Part shown: in pieces, positions 10,188 through 19,226 of the stretch | Numbering within the stretch: the stretch's first letter is position 1 | How the letters are laid out: each line of letters begins with the position of its first letter | Source of the DNA: an uncultured virus (IMG/VR IMGVR_UViG_3300001525_000359) | Lineage: Duplodnaviria > Heunggongvirae > Uroviricota > Caudoviricetes | IMG/VR virus record: IMGVR_UViG_3300001525_000359 | Reading direction: 5' to 3' (one strand) | DNA length: 20,000 nt | The notes under the pieces: generated by a model | The model's database searches: none | Told to the model about the DNA's origin: nothing | The model's input: only the letters and a program-made list of their open reading frames with translations | Program-made: the position numbers and the translations under genes

Positions 10188-11453
10188 ATGAGCTATAAAG
10201 AAAGATTGCAAGAAATTGTCAAGACAAAATAGAACAATTCTTATTATAAGTAGAACAACGAGATGTTTGACAATATAGTTGATGCAATTATGTGCACAAA
10301 ATCAACTATCAGTGCAAGAAATATGATTCGTGATAATGAGTAGTTGATCGCATGGATAAATGAACAGCTTCCATAGCTTAATGAATGCAAATTAGACACA
10401 AAGGTGCATTGGATAGTTTATGATAGGCATGTCATGCCAGAATGTCATTATTGCCATCAAACATTAAAAAATGTTGACATTGCAATGTTCGATTAGTATT
10501 GTCAATGGTGTTGTCCATCACATAGAAGTCGTGATCCATTATACAAAGAACATTGTGGCGATCTTTTAGAGAAGAAGCATGGAAAAGGCATAAGATCTAT
10601 TTTTTAGATTCCTGGAGTAAGAGAAAAGGCAAAAGCAACGTGGAAAAAGAAATATGGAACAGAAAATCCATTTTCTCTTTATGAAATAAAGAACAAGAGA
10701 AAATAGACATTCATTAAGCATTATGGTGTTGACAACAACATGAAAAGCGAGAAAGGCATGCAAGAGTATAGAGATGCAATGTAGAAAAAGCATGGCGTCA
10801 ATTACACTTGGCAAATGCCTAGCGTCATACAGAAGTCACAGCAGACATCATATGAACGATATGGCGTATATGTGACATCATAGTCATAGCAAGCAAAAGA
10901 CAAGCAAGCTGAGACAAACTTCAAGAAATATGGCTGCAAGTCAGCATTGCAAAACAAAGAATGTCGCGAGAAGTCAATTCAGACAAGCTATAGCAAATAT
11001 GGCACAATGTGGCCAACACAAAGCAAAGAAGTGCAAGACAAGCATCGCATCAAATATCATTATGGTGACTAGACGTTTGACTCATCATGGGAGCTAGCGT
11101 TCTGGATCTACTGCAAAGAAAACAACATTGACATAAAGCGTGCATCTGTTGCATATGATTATGTTGATGAACGTGGTGACTAGCACAAGTACTTTCCAGA
11201 TTTTGAAGTCAATGGTGAAATCATAGAGATCAAAGGTGATGATCAGTTTGATGAGAATGGAAAGATGATAGATAAACGTGATCATAAGAAAGACTATATT
11301 GCTGAAGCTAAGCACCAATGCATGTTAAAGAACAACATCAAGATAATGAAAGGCGCAGATGTCAAAAAGTATCTTGACTATATTAATTAGAAATATGGAA
11401 GAAGCTATCTGAAGAAGTTCAAGACTATTCAAGAATAGATTGTTGCAAAATGA
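10188..11453 (+). CDS. putative free-standing homing endonuclease 1: Zn finger + 7 KYG repeats + PD-(D/E)xK domain (421 aa, 14 TAG=Gln)
   Basis: Absent from the ORF track. CHYC...WCCPSH, ~23-aa K(Y/H)G repeats, FDSSWELAFW...KYFPDF...IEIKG; TGA overlaps next ATG. Confidence 0.85.
10575..11051 (+). repeat. protein-level array of 7 ~23-aa KYG repeats
   Basis: e.g. KYGTENPFSLYEIKNKRKQTFIK / HYGVDNNMKSEKGMQEYRDAMQK / KHGVNYTWQMPSVIQKSQQTSYE / KYGCKSALQNKECREKSIQTSYS. Confidence 0.85.
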
Positions 11454-12763
11454 AGAAGCTTCGTGGACTATATGCAGTGCTAGCTAAAGCAAATTCATAT
11501 GATGAGCTTTGTGCAATTGTGCAAAGCTTTAAGACGTTGAAATGCTTTCAAGAGAAGCATATGCAATTTCTTGCAACTGAGAAGCAATTTATTAAGCATT
11601 TCATTAATGATGGCTTCACTTTGCTAGACATAAAGTATGCAATTGCTCATAGCGTATTGCCTGAACATAAGTTCTGTTCTATCTGTGGCATTGAAGTTCA
11701 TTCTACTGGACATTCATATCCAATGACGTGCGCATCTAAGCAATGTCGCTATGCATAGACATAGAAGTCGGTTGCATAGTCAAACACTAAAAAATATGGC
11801 GTTTCATGTTGCTTATCTGTTCCAGAAATACATAAGAAGGGCTAGTAGACGAGAGTTGAAATGTATGGAAATGCAAACAATTATGAAAAGTTAAAGTAGA
11901 CATTGCTTGAGCATTATAGTGTCTCATGCACATGGGACATTCTAGAAGTGAGAGAGAAGTCAAAGTAGACAATGATGCAGAACATTGGATATGAGTATGC
12001 ATTATGTTCGCCAGATGTTCATGAGAAAGCAAGAAAGACAAAACTAGAGAGATATGGTGATGAGAACTACTTTAGCAAAGAGAAATATGAGTAGACATGT
12101 GAAGAGAAATTCGGCGTAAGTCATCCAATGAAATGCGATGAAGTGAAGCAAAAGAGGAAATAGTCGTGCATTGAACATTATGGTGTTGACAGCAACATGA
12201 AGTCGCTAGACGGGCTTGCATCTTATTCTAAAAGTGTAAATGAGAAATATGGAAAAGACTTTGTTGTCTAGACGCAATATTTCAAAGAGAAGTCATAGTA
12301 GACGTGCTTAAGAAAGTATGGTGTTAGGCATCATATGTAGAACAAAGACATTTTAGACAAAGCACGAACAAAATATCATTATAATGGTTAGACATTCGAC
12401 TCTTCTTGGGAACTTGCATTCTGGATATATTGCATAGACAACAACATCAGCATTAGACATTCTTAGATGTCATTTGAATATGTAGATGAGAAGAACGTAA
12501 CTCATAAGTACTTTCCAGATTTTGAAGTGAATGAATAGTTAGTTGAGATAAAAGGCGATGACTAGTTTGATGAAACTGGGAAAATGATAGATAAGTTAGA
12601 TCATAAGAAAGACTATATTGCAGAAGCAAAACACTAGTGTATGCTAAGAAATGAAGTGAAGATCCTAAAAGGAAAAGACATTTAGAAATGTTTAGATTAT
12701 GTAGATTAGCAATATGGAAAGAACTATTTGAAGCAATTTAAGAAAAATTCAAAGAAAGTATAA
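11450..12763 (+). CDS. putative free-standing homing endonuclease 2, paralog of 10188 (437 aa, 20 TAG=Gln)
   Basis: CSICG...CASKQC, 9 KYG-type repeats, FDSSWELAFW...KYFPDF...VEIKG; ends TAA 12761-12763. Confidence 0.85.
11792..12370 (+). repeat. protein-level array of 9 KYG repeats (17-23 aa)
   Basis: e.g. KYGVSCCLSVPEIHKKGQQTRVE / KFGVSHPMKCDEVKQKRKQSCIE / HYGVDSNMKSLDGLASYSKSVNE / KYGKDFVVQTQYFKEKSQQTCLR. Confidence 0.85.
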
Positions 12764-12770
12764 TCATTTT

Positions 12771-14132
12771 ATGCAAGATAAATTAGTTAAAGATTTCTAT
12801 AAAGAAGATGTGCCATCTTTCGCTGCGGGAGACAACGTTAGAAAAATATCATCATATGTCGATGGGTTAAAGCTTTCAGCAAGAAAGCTTATCTACACAA
12901 TACTTGAAAAATATCCAAATACTAGCACTAAGACAAAGACTGCACAATTTGCGAACGTCGCCGCGGCTTTTACCAATTATAACTAGGGTGAAGGTAATCT
13001 TGCGGGCGTTGCTAACACATTGGCACAAGATTTCTGTGGAGCAAACAACTATCCATTGCTAATTGGTAGAGGCAATTTTGGCAATAGGCTTGATGACATG
13101 TGTGCAGCACCACGTTACACATTTGTTTCATCTAGCAATATCTTGAAAGCATTGTTCAATGAAGATGACTAGAAGATTGTTGGCAATTAGACATATGAAG
13201 GTGACAAGATTGAGCCATTGTTCTATGTTCCAGTTGTTTCAACATTGTTCTTGAACGGTTCAAATGGGCTTTCTACTGGATTCAGACAAGTCATTCTTCC
13301 AAGAAACATAAATGACATAATCAGCTACATCCAGAAGAAGCTTGCTGGAACTGAGCATCCAAGAATGAAGTTGCTTCCATGGTGGAGAGGCTTCAAAGGA
13401 TCATGTAGATACACTGAAGATGGTGCTCTTGAGATTCTTGGCTGCATTGAACAAGTCAACATGACTACATACAAGATCACCGAGCTTCCTGTGAATGCAG
13501 ATTACTCAAAGTACTGTGAGTTTCTTGACAAGCTTGAAGAAGATGGTGAAATACAGTCATGGAAAGACTTATGTGATCCAAAGACAAACGAGTTGTTGTT
13601 TGAAGTCAAGACGACGAGAGAGTTCACACGAAACAATGACAACTTAGAGAGCTTGCTGAAGAAGTTTCACTTGATAAAGCCATTCACCGAATAGTATAAC
13701 TGCATCGATGAAAACAATAGAGTTAGAGAGTTTAGCTCTATCTACGAGATTCTAGATGCATTCATTGACATTCGCTTGAAGTATTATGATATCCGTAAGC
13801 AGCATATCATCGACGAGCTCAAGAGCTTGATGCAGCAGCTTGTTTCGAAGTATGTCTTCATTAAAGCTGTCATTGACAAGAAGATCATCATCAGCAAGAA
13901 GAAGAAAGATGAGATCATTGCTTAGATAGAGAAGATTGACAAGATTATGAAAGTAGATGGCTCTTACAACTACTTGTTGTCAATGCAGCTGTATGCACTC
14001 ACTCATGAGAAGCTTGAAGAGTTGAAGAGCTTGATTGAGAGCAAGAAAGCTGAGCTAGCTGAAGTCAAAAACAAGACGATCCAGCAGATGTGGCTAGATG
14101 ACTTAACTGACTTGAAGAAGGTGTTGAAATGA
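12771..14132 (+). CDS. type IIA DNA topoisomerase breakage-reunion subunit (T4 gp52-like, 453 aa, TAG=Gln)
   Basis: DGLKLSARK, YN[TAG]GEGNL, GANNYPLL, GNFG, AAPRY (catalytic Tyr), NGSNGLSTGF, ITELP; one frame through 5 TAG. Confidence 0.95.
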
Positions 14133-14311
14133 TTGAAGACTATTCATACGAGTACTGGAAGATGCTGTTAGAAGATGTAGACAATGTAGTTTTTAATGAC
14201 ATCAAAACAATATCTCTAATAGAAGAGTGCGGTGAAGAATATTCATTTCCAATATCACCATCAATATTTAAGTTGTCAAATGGTGCAATTAAGGTAATGT
14301 CAATTGACTAA
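14129..14311 (+). CDS. small hypothetical protein (60 aa)
   Basis: ATGA overlap at start and TAATG overlap at end. Confidence 0.65.
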   Translation: MIEDYSYEYWKMLLEDVDNVVFNDIKTISLIEECGEEYSFPISPSIFKLSNGAIKVMSID

Positions 14312-14808
14312 TGCGCGTTCATTATTCAGAAAATCACAAATTTTGTGATCCATCTGATGTTCCATCTGGATTCTTTGTGAAGTGCTATCCAGTTCATAGA
14401 TATCCAGATGGATTCTTTAATCGTCTTGAAGATAATGAGCATTATGAATAGATAGATCATAGCAAATACATAGATCATTGGGGAATTGACTACGACTTAG
14501 ATAACACTACGATTAATGGACTAAGTCGTTATGTAGATTTCTCTTCATTTGAAGAAGCTGCATTAAGATGTGCAATTCTTGGATTAGAGTGCAAAAGATG
14601 CAAATGGTTTAATTATCCTGCATGGAAAAATAAAGATGGAAACTGGATAGTACGTTATCCATTCAGTCCGTCTTTTTGTGGTGAGTATGTTCCTGAAGAG
14701 AAGTATAATGAGCTTTGTGACAAGATAATGCATAAGATGCTGAAAGATGACTACAGTGAGTACATTGAGAAATTCGGAGACATGCTCTCATACAAGCTGC
14801 CAGAATGA
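14311..14808 (+). CDS. hypothetical protein, Cys/Trp-containing paralog family, copy 1 (165 aa)
   Basis: MRVHYSENHKFCDPSDVPSGFFVKCY...YDL...GL..RCKW...VPEEKYNELCDKIMHKMLKDDY; 1 TAG. Confidence 0.8.
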
Positions 14809-14974
14809 AGCTGACGATTTGCATGAGTGCAATAGTTTAGATGAATTTGCATTATCAAATCTTTTTAAAGATGCAAAGGATTTTAACTTAGACGAATTGC
14901 CAGATTCACCAAATTGCATAAGGCTTAAGAGTGGTGGGTTTCTAATCATTTCTGATTAATATAAAACAAAAATT

Positions 14975-15793
14975 ATGAAAGTAGATAAGCACAATAAAAA
15001 GACATATACAAAATAGCAAATGTTCAAAGCGTTTAAATATTGGACAAATGCGTTAGCTGAATCAGCTAGACTCGATGAAAGCACTAGTGTGTTACTTGAT
15101 AAGTTAGCAGATGACTTAGGATCAAACAACATATTTAATATGACAAGAAAAGTTATTCTTACTGATACTGACATTAAGAAAATATTTAATTCACTGAACA
15201 AACATGTGTTTTCATCAAAGTTAAAGCCAATTCCAATATATTACTATTCATATTAGAAAATTCTTGATGTAATGAGAAGTAGAGGTGCTCCTGAAGATGG
15301 CTTACCTAATGATGAAGTACTTGGTGTGCATTCGTGTTTATGTAATAAAGATACTAATGAAATCAATGAAGATACAATAGTGTCATTTGATAATAACATT
15401 ATTATGATAAACAAAGACATTATGCATAATAGAACATTTATTTTCAATGTTACAACAATTTGTCATGAAATGATACATTATTATGACACACATTATGGAG
15501 ACTATGCAGATTTATATAAAATGTGTGTTATTAATGGTTTGTGGTTTTCTGGACATAACACAAAAACGTTTGAATATTTCATAAATTTGCTATATTCATA
15601 TGATCTGCGTGTACTTCCATTTAAGTATTCAAAAAGCGATGATTAGCTTGAACATGATACTGTAACTCAAATGGCATCAACAATATATGATGAATAGGTT
15701 AGTGAATCTGAAGATCATACACATAAAACTGATACGATTGTGTCTAATATAAGAAATGGAAGAACAACAATATTTGAAGTAGATTATGACTAA
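14975..15793 (+). CDS. SprT-like HExxH zinc metalloprotease (272 aa, TAG=Gln)
   Basis: TICHEMIHYY and downstream SGHNTKTF (third His ligand, SprT-like); joins track ORFs 15020 and 15272 through 4 TAG. Confidence 0.8.
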
Positions 15794-16262
15794 GCTTCCA
15801 TCAGATTTTGTTGTTAAATATGGCATAATACAGGAATGTCGATGGATAGGCTTTAATAACATTGATAAGTCAAATATAAGTTATTGCAAAGTTTAGTATG
15901 ACTTAAATGAAGATATACCGGGTTTAGAACGATACCGGTATTTTAGGACAGTTGACGAAGTTATTTCAATATGTGAAAGACTTGGATTAACACATAAGAA
16001 ATGTAAGTTTTTTAGAGATATGCCATGTAAGTGTGAAGATGGCCATTGGGGTACACATATAGTAGAGGCTACTAACTATGATGGCGTGCTTATTCCAGAA
16101 GATAACTATGATGAGTTATGCGATAAAATTCTGCAAAAGACACTTGGCAAAGACTATGACTCATACATGATGCGTCATATGTCAATGTTTGAGAAAATCA
16201 ACTACAAACTGCATAAGTGGCTGAAAACATTTAAGTTATTGTTCTCAAAATATAAAGCATAA
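15786..16262 (+). CDS. hypothetical protein, paralog family copy 2 (158 aa)
   Basis: MTKLPSDFVVKY...YDL...GLERY...CERLGL..KCKF...IPEDNYDELCDKILQKTLGKDY; 1 TAG; TAATG overlap at end. Confidence 0.8.
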
Positions 16263-17653
16263 TGCGCATATCTCATCCATCTTAGTTCATATTTTGCAAA
16301 GCATCTGATGTTCCAGACAACTTCTTTGTGAAATGCTATTCATTGTATGACTATCATGAGCTTATACTTAATGCTAAAGATAAAGACATCTTGCCAGACT
16401 GCTGGGAAGTCGACTATGACTTAAAGAATACATCTGTTGTCGGCTTATATAGGTTCACACGATTTAAGACATTTGAAGAAGCATAGCAGAAATGCTCTGA
16501 GCTTGGCTTAAAGGTTCGCAAATGCAGATGGCTGCAATATCCGCCTAAGCGAGATGCATCTGGAAACTGGACATATGCTTCATATGATGTGCCATACAAG
16601 TTTGGAAAGTTTATCCCTGAAGATGAGTTTGAGAAACAAAGAGAATGCATATGGCATAAGATGCTGAAAGATGACTATGATGACTGCATAAGAGAGATGA
16701 CAAGAAAAGAGCTAAAAGAGAAGTTAAAGAATGCAAAGTTCTTTGCTGAAGGCTTTAAGCATGACTGCACGTTGAGAGTTGCTGATCTTGAGCGAGATGC
16801 TATCAATGAAGGCATAGATGTAGAGTTCAAGTTCGGAAAGAATTTCATATCATTGAATGACACTCATGAGAAGGGTGTAGACACATCATTGAAGGCTAAT
16901 CCCACATCTGCAAAACTCATTGTTGATGAAGCAAATTTTGATGTCAGGACATTCGATGTCTACTCGATCTTCAAGCGAGTTTCAGGTAATCCTGGTGACG
17001 GAAACTCTCTCATATTCGCTTTGAAAGGAGAGAGAAACTTCATGTTCAAGCATGGTGAGCAACAGAAGTTCAGGAACAGAGCAAAGCAGATCATTGCAAA
17101 GTTTCTTGAAGACTATTTAAAGAAAACTGGGAGAAATGCTGTCTCGACAATTGTTTTGCCATCTGGAAAGTCAGTCAACTCGAATTTCGCAAAGCTTGTC
17201 AAAGAAGTGGCTGCATCTAAACTTAATTGCAAGATGAACTTGTATGATGATGTCTTTGTGAAGCTGCCAGTCGATTTCATCAGGAACAATGTGCAATATG
17301 ATGCTGGCTCACAATATAACAGATGGTTGCATTCACTTGCTGAAGATCGCATTAGCTAGATAAGTGCGTTGTTTGATTATGACTTGACACAAATGGAGAA
17401 ACTAAGAAATGGATATTTCACATATCATATGGTGTCTGATGCAAATGTCAGGAACATGATTAGCTCTTCATTGTCTGTCAATGCAAATGAAGACTATGCT
17501 GGCATGTTTAGCCCGATTAACGACAAGCATGTCTTGATGTTAGATGACATGATGTCTAGAGGTGCAACGATCAAAGATGCTATCAGGAACTTATGTTGCA
17601 GTTATCATCCCAAAAGCATAACTGTCTTGACGCTTCTTTCACAGAAATATTGA
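16262..17653 (+). CDS. paralog-family domain (copy 3) fused to a type I phosphoribosyltransferase domain (463 aa, TAG=Gln)
   Basis: N-terminal SDVPDNFFVKCY...HKMLKDDY; C-terminal HVLMLDDMMSRGATIKDA PRPP-binding motif; 3 TAG; internal Met 16697 may be a second start. Confidence 0.8.
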
Positions 17654-17681
17654 TTTTTGTCTAAAGCCATAAAATTTAAAC

Positions 17682-18782
17682 ATGAGCAATTTAATGGACT
17701 ATATTTCAAAAGAGATCAATGATATCTCACATCTTCAGTATGTATTTGGACAAGGTGAGGCATAGCAAGCACAGAAGAAGAACGTCCTGATAGTAGGATG
17801 CAGAGGCATGCTTGGTGCTTATGTGCTTGAGCAGTTCAGTAAAGATGCAATGAGAAAAGACTCGATCTTCAACATTGTTGCTGGCGTTGATTTGCCTGAA
17901 GTTGATATCAGGAGCTATGCTAGCATTGAGAAGTACTTGAAAGATGCACTTGATTTTGATGTGATAGTGAATTGTGCAGCATATACAGACACAAATGAAT
18001 GCGAAGACAATAAGCATAAGAGCATTGCATATGCAGTGAATGCAGTTGGCACAAAGAATCTTGCGAGAGTTTGCTCAGAGCATTGCATCAAGCTCATTCA
18101 CATCTCTACAGACTATGTCTTTTCGGAGCATAGCTATGACTTTGATGCAGATGAAGCAATAGAGTTTCCAGTCAATGAATATGGCATGCAGAAGCTTATG
18201 GGAGAGAAGTTCATTGATGAAGAGCTTGCTGAGACGCAATATGCAATTCTCAGGACATCTTGGCTTTACTGGCAATGCAGCAAGCCAACATTCATTCATA
18301 AGTTCTTGCTAAACTGCAAGAAAGTGACTGGACAGAATAATGCCGTCGTGAAAGCTACATCAGACAATTTTGGCAAGCCGACATCAGTTGCATCTGCATG
18401 TGAATTCATTCGAGAAGTCATCAAAGAAGATGCATGTGGCATAATGGATATGCAGTACTTAGGTGCACCTATGTCAAGACAAGAGTTTGCTGCACATGTC
18501 CTGAATGCTTGGAAGAATGCAGCTGGCACAATGATGGATGTCAAAGTAGAGGGTGTCATGTCAGATGACTTGCCAAGCAAGATCTAGCATCCAAAAATGA
18601 TCAAGAATGTAGAAGGCATGCCATATGAGACAACACCAACTATGCTAGAGAACGATGCTTACATTAAGCTTGCTAGCAAATGCAAAGGCATGAAAGATGT
18701 TCATGATGCAGTTGCTTAGATTCACAAGTTCATCAAGACATACCATTTAGACATTTAGAAATGGCTAGATAAGCAGAAATAA
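17682..18782 (+). CDS. rmlD: dTDP-4-dehydrorhamnose reductase (366 aa, TAG=Gln)
   Basis: NVLIVGCRGMLG, VNCAAYT, VNAVG, HISTDYVF, NEYGMQK (YxxxK), ILRTSWLY, GKPT; 4 TAG; ends TAA. Confidence 0.9.
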
Positions 18783-18808
18783 TGTTTTATGTATTTTTAT
18801 GAACATAT

Positions 18809-18845
18809 ATATGCAATGCCTAGTTTGGTGTTGCATATTTTGTTT
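18809..18845 (+). terminator. intrinsic terminator after rmlD
   Basis: ATATGCAATGCC-tagttt-GGTGTTGCATAT (12 bp, 2 G-U) followed by TTTGTTT. Confidence 0.7.
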
Positions 18846-18877
18846 AAATATGATGATGTATTTGATATTATTTCATT

Positions 18878-19141
18878 ATGAAGAACATTATTGAAGTCAG
18901 TAAGAAGTATGCATTGAAAATGCTGTTGTGTGCAGGTTTAGTATTTGGTTTTGCATATGGTGCAAACGCAGATGCGAATACGAATGCAACACATTTTACA
19001 ACAGCAGATAGTAGAGTGCATGTACAAATTGTCTGGCTTGATGGACATAAATATGTTTTTGCTTCAACTACTTCTTATCGAGGTGGTGTTTTTGTTATGC
19101 ATGCATTTTCTTGTCCATGCTTAAATAACTCTAATAAGTGA
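18878..19141 (+). CDS. small exported or membrane protein with signal peptide (87 aa)
   Basis: KKYALKMLLCAGLVFGFAYGANADA basic-hydrophobic-AxA signal; C-terminal HAFSCPC. Confidence 0.75.
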   Translation: MKNIIEVSKKYALKMLLCAGLVFGFAYGANADANTNATHFTTADSRVHVQIVWLDGHKYVFASTTSYRGGVFVMHAFSCPCLNNSNK

Positions 19142-19148
19142 AGTTCTT

Positions 19149-19176
19149 ATGTAACATCAGTTGATGTTGCATTTTT
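19149..19176 (+). terminator. intrinsic terminator
   Basis: ATGTAACATC-agtt-GATGTTGCAT (10 bp, 1 G-U) then TTTT. Confidence 0.65.
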
Positions 19177-19178
19177 AG

Positions 19179-19201
19179 TTTAAGCTATAATATAGCTTAA
19201 A
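19179..19201. promoter_or_regulatory. perfect palindrome (operator-like) containing TATAAT
   Basis: TTTAAGCTATA-A-TATAGCTTAAA, 11-bp arms with a 1-nt spacer, TATAAT at 19186-19191. Confidence 0.55.
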
Positions 19202-19226
19202 TAACAATTATAATATAATTATTTTA

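Noticed and set aside
10188..12763. Long non-coding region or large ncRNA suggested by the nearly empty ORF track
   Set aside because: Fully coding as two ~430-aa paralogs once TAG is read as Gln.
8130..14132. Intron, intein or T4 gene 60-type ribosomal bypass in the topoisomerase genes
   Set aside because: Both subunits are continuous and of normal length under table 15; the nucleases lie between the genes, not inside them.
14747..14959. 70-aa ORF as listed in the track, and a short ORF from ATG 14805
   Set aside because: The 14747 start lies inside gene 14311-14808; only the 3' part is plausible. The 14805 ORF is ~38 aa with no support.
177..18580. Minus-strand ORFs in the track (e.g. 3872-4213, 4238-4624, 6244-6708, 8171-8695)
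   Set aside because: Shadows of + strand genes with no recognisable motifs; the + strand is already densely tiled.
1290..18782. Many apparently broken genes (pseudogenes or sequencing errors)
   Set aside because: All interruptions are in-frame TAG with no frameshift, several at conserved Gln positions; this is recoding, not decay.
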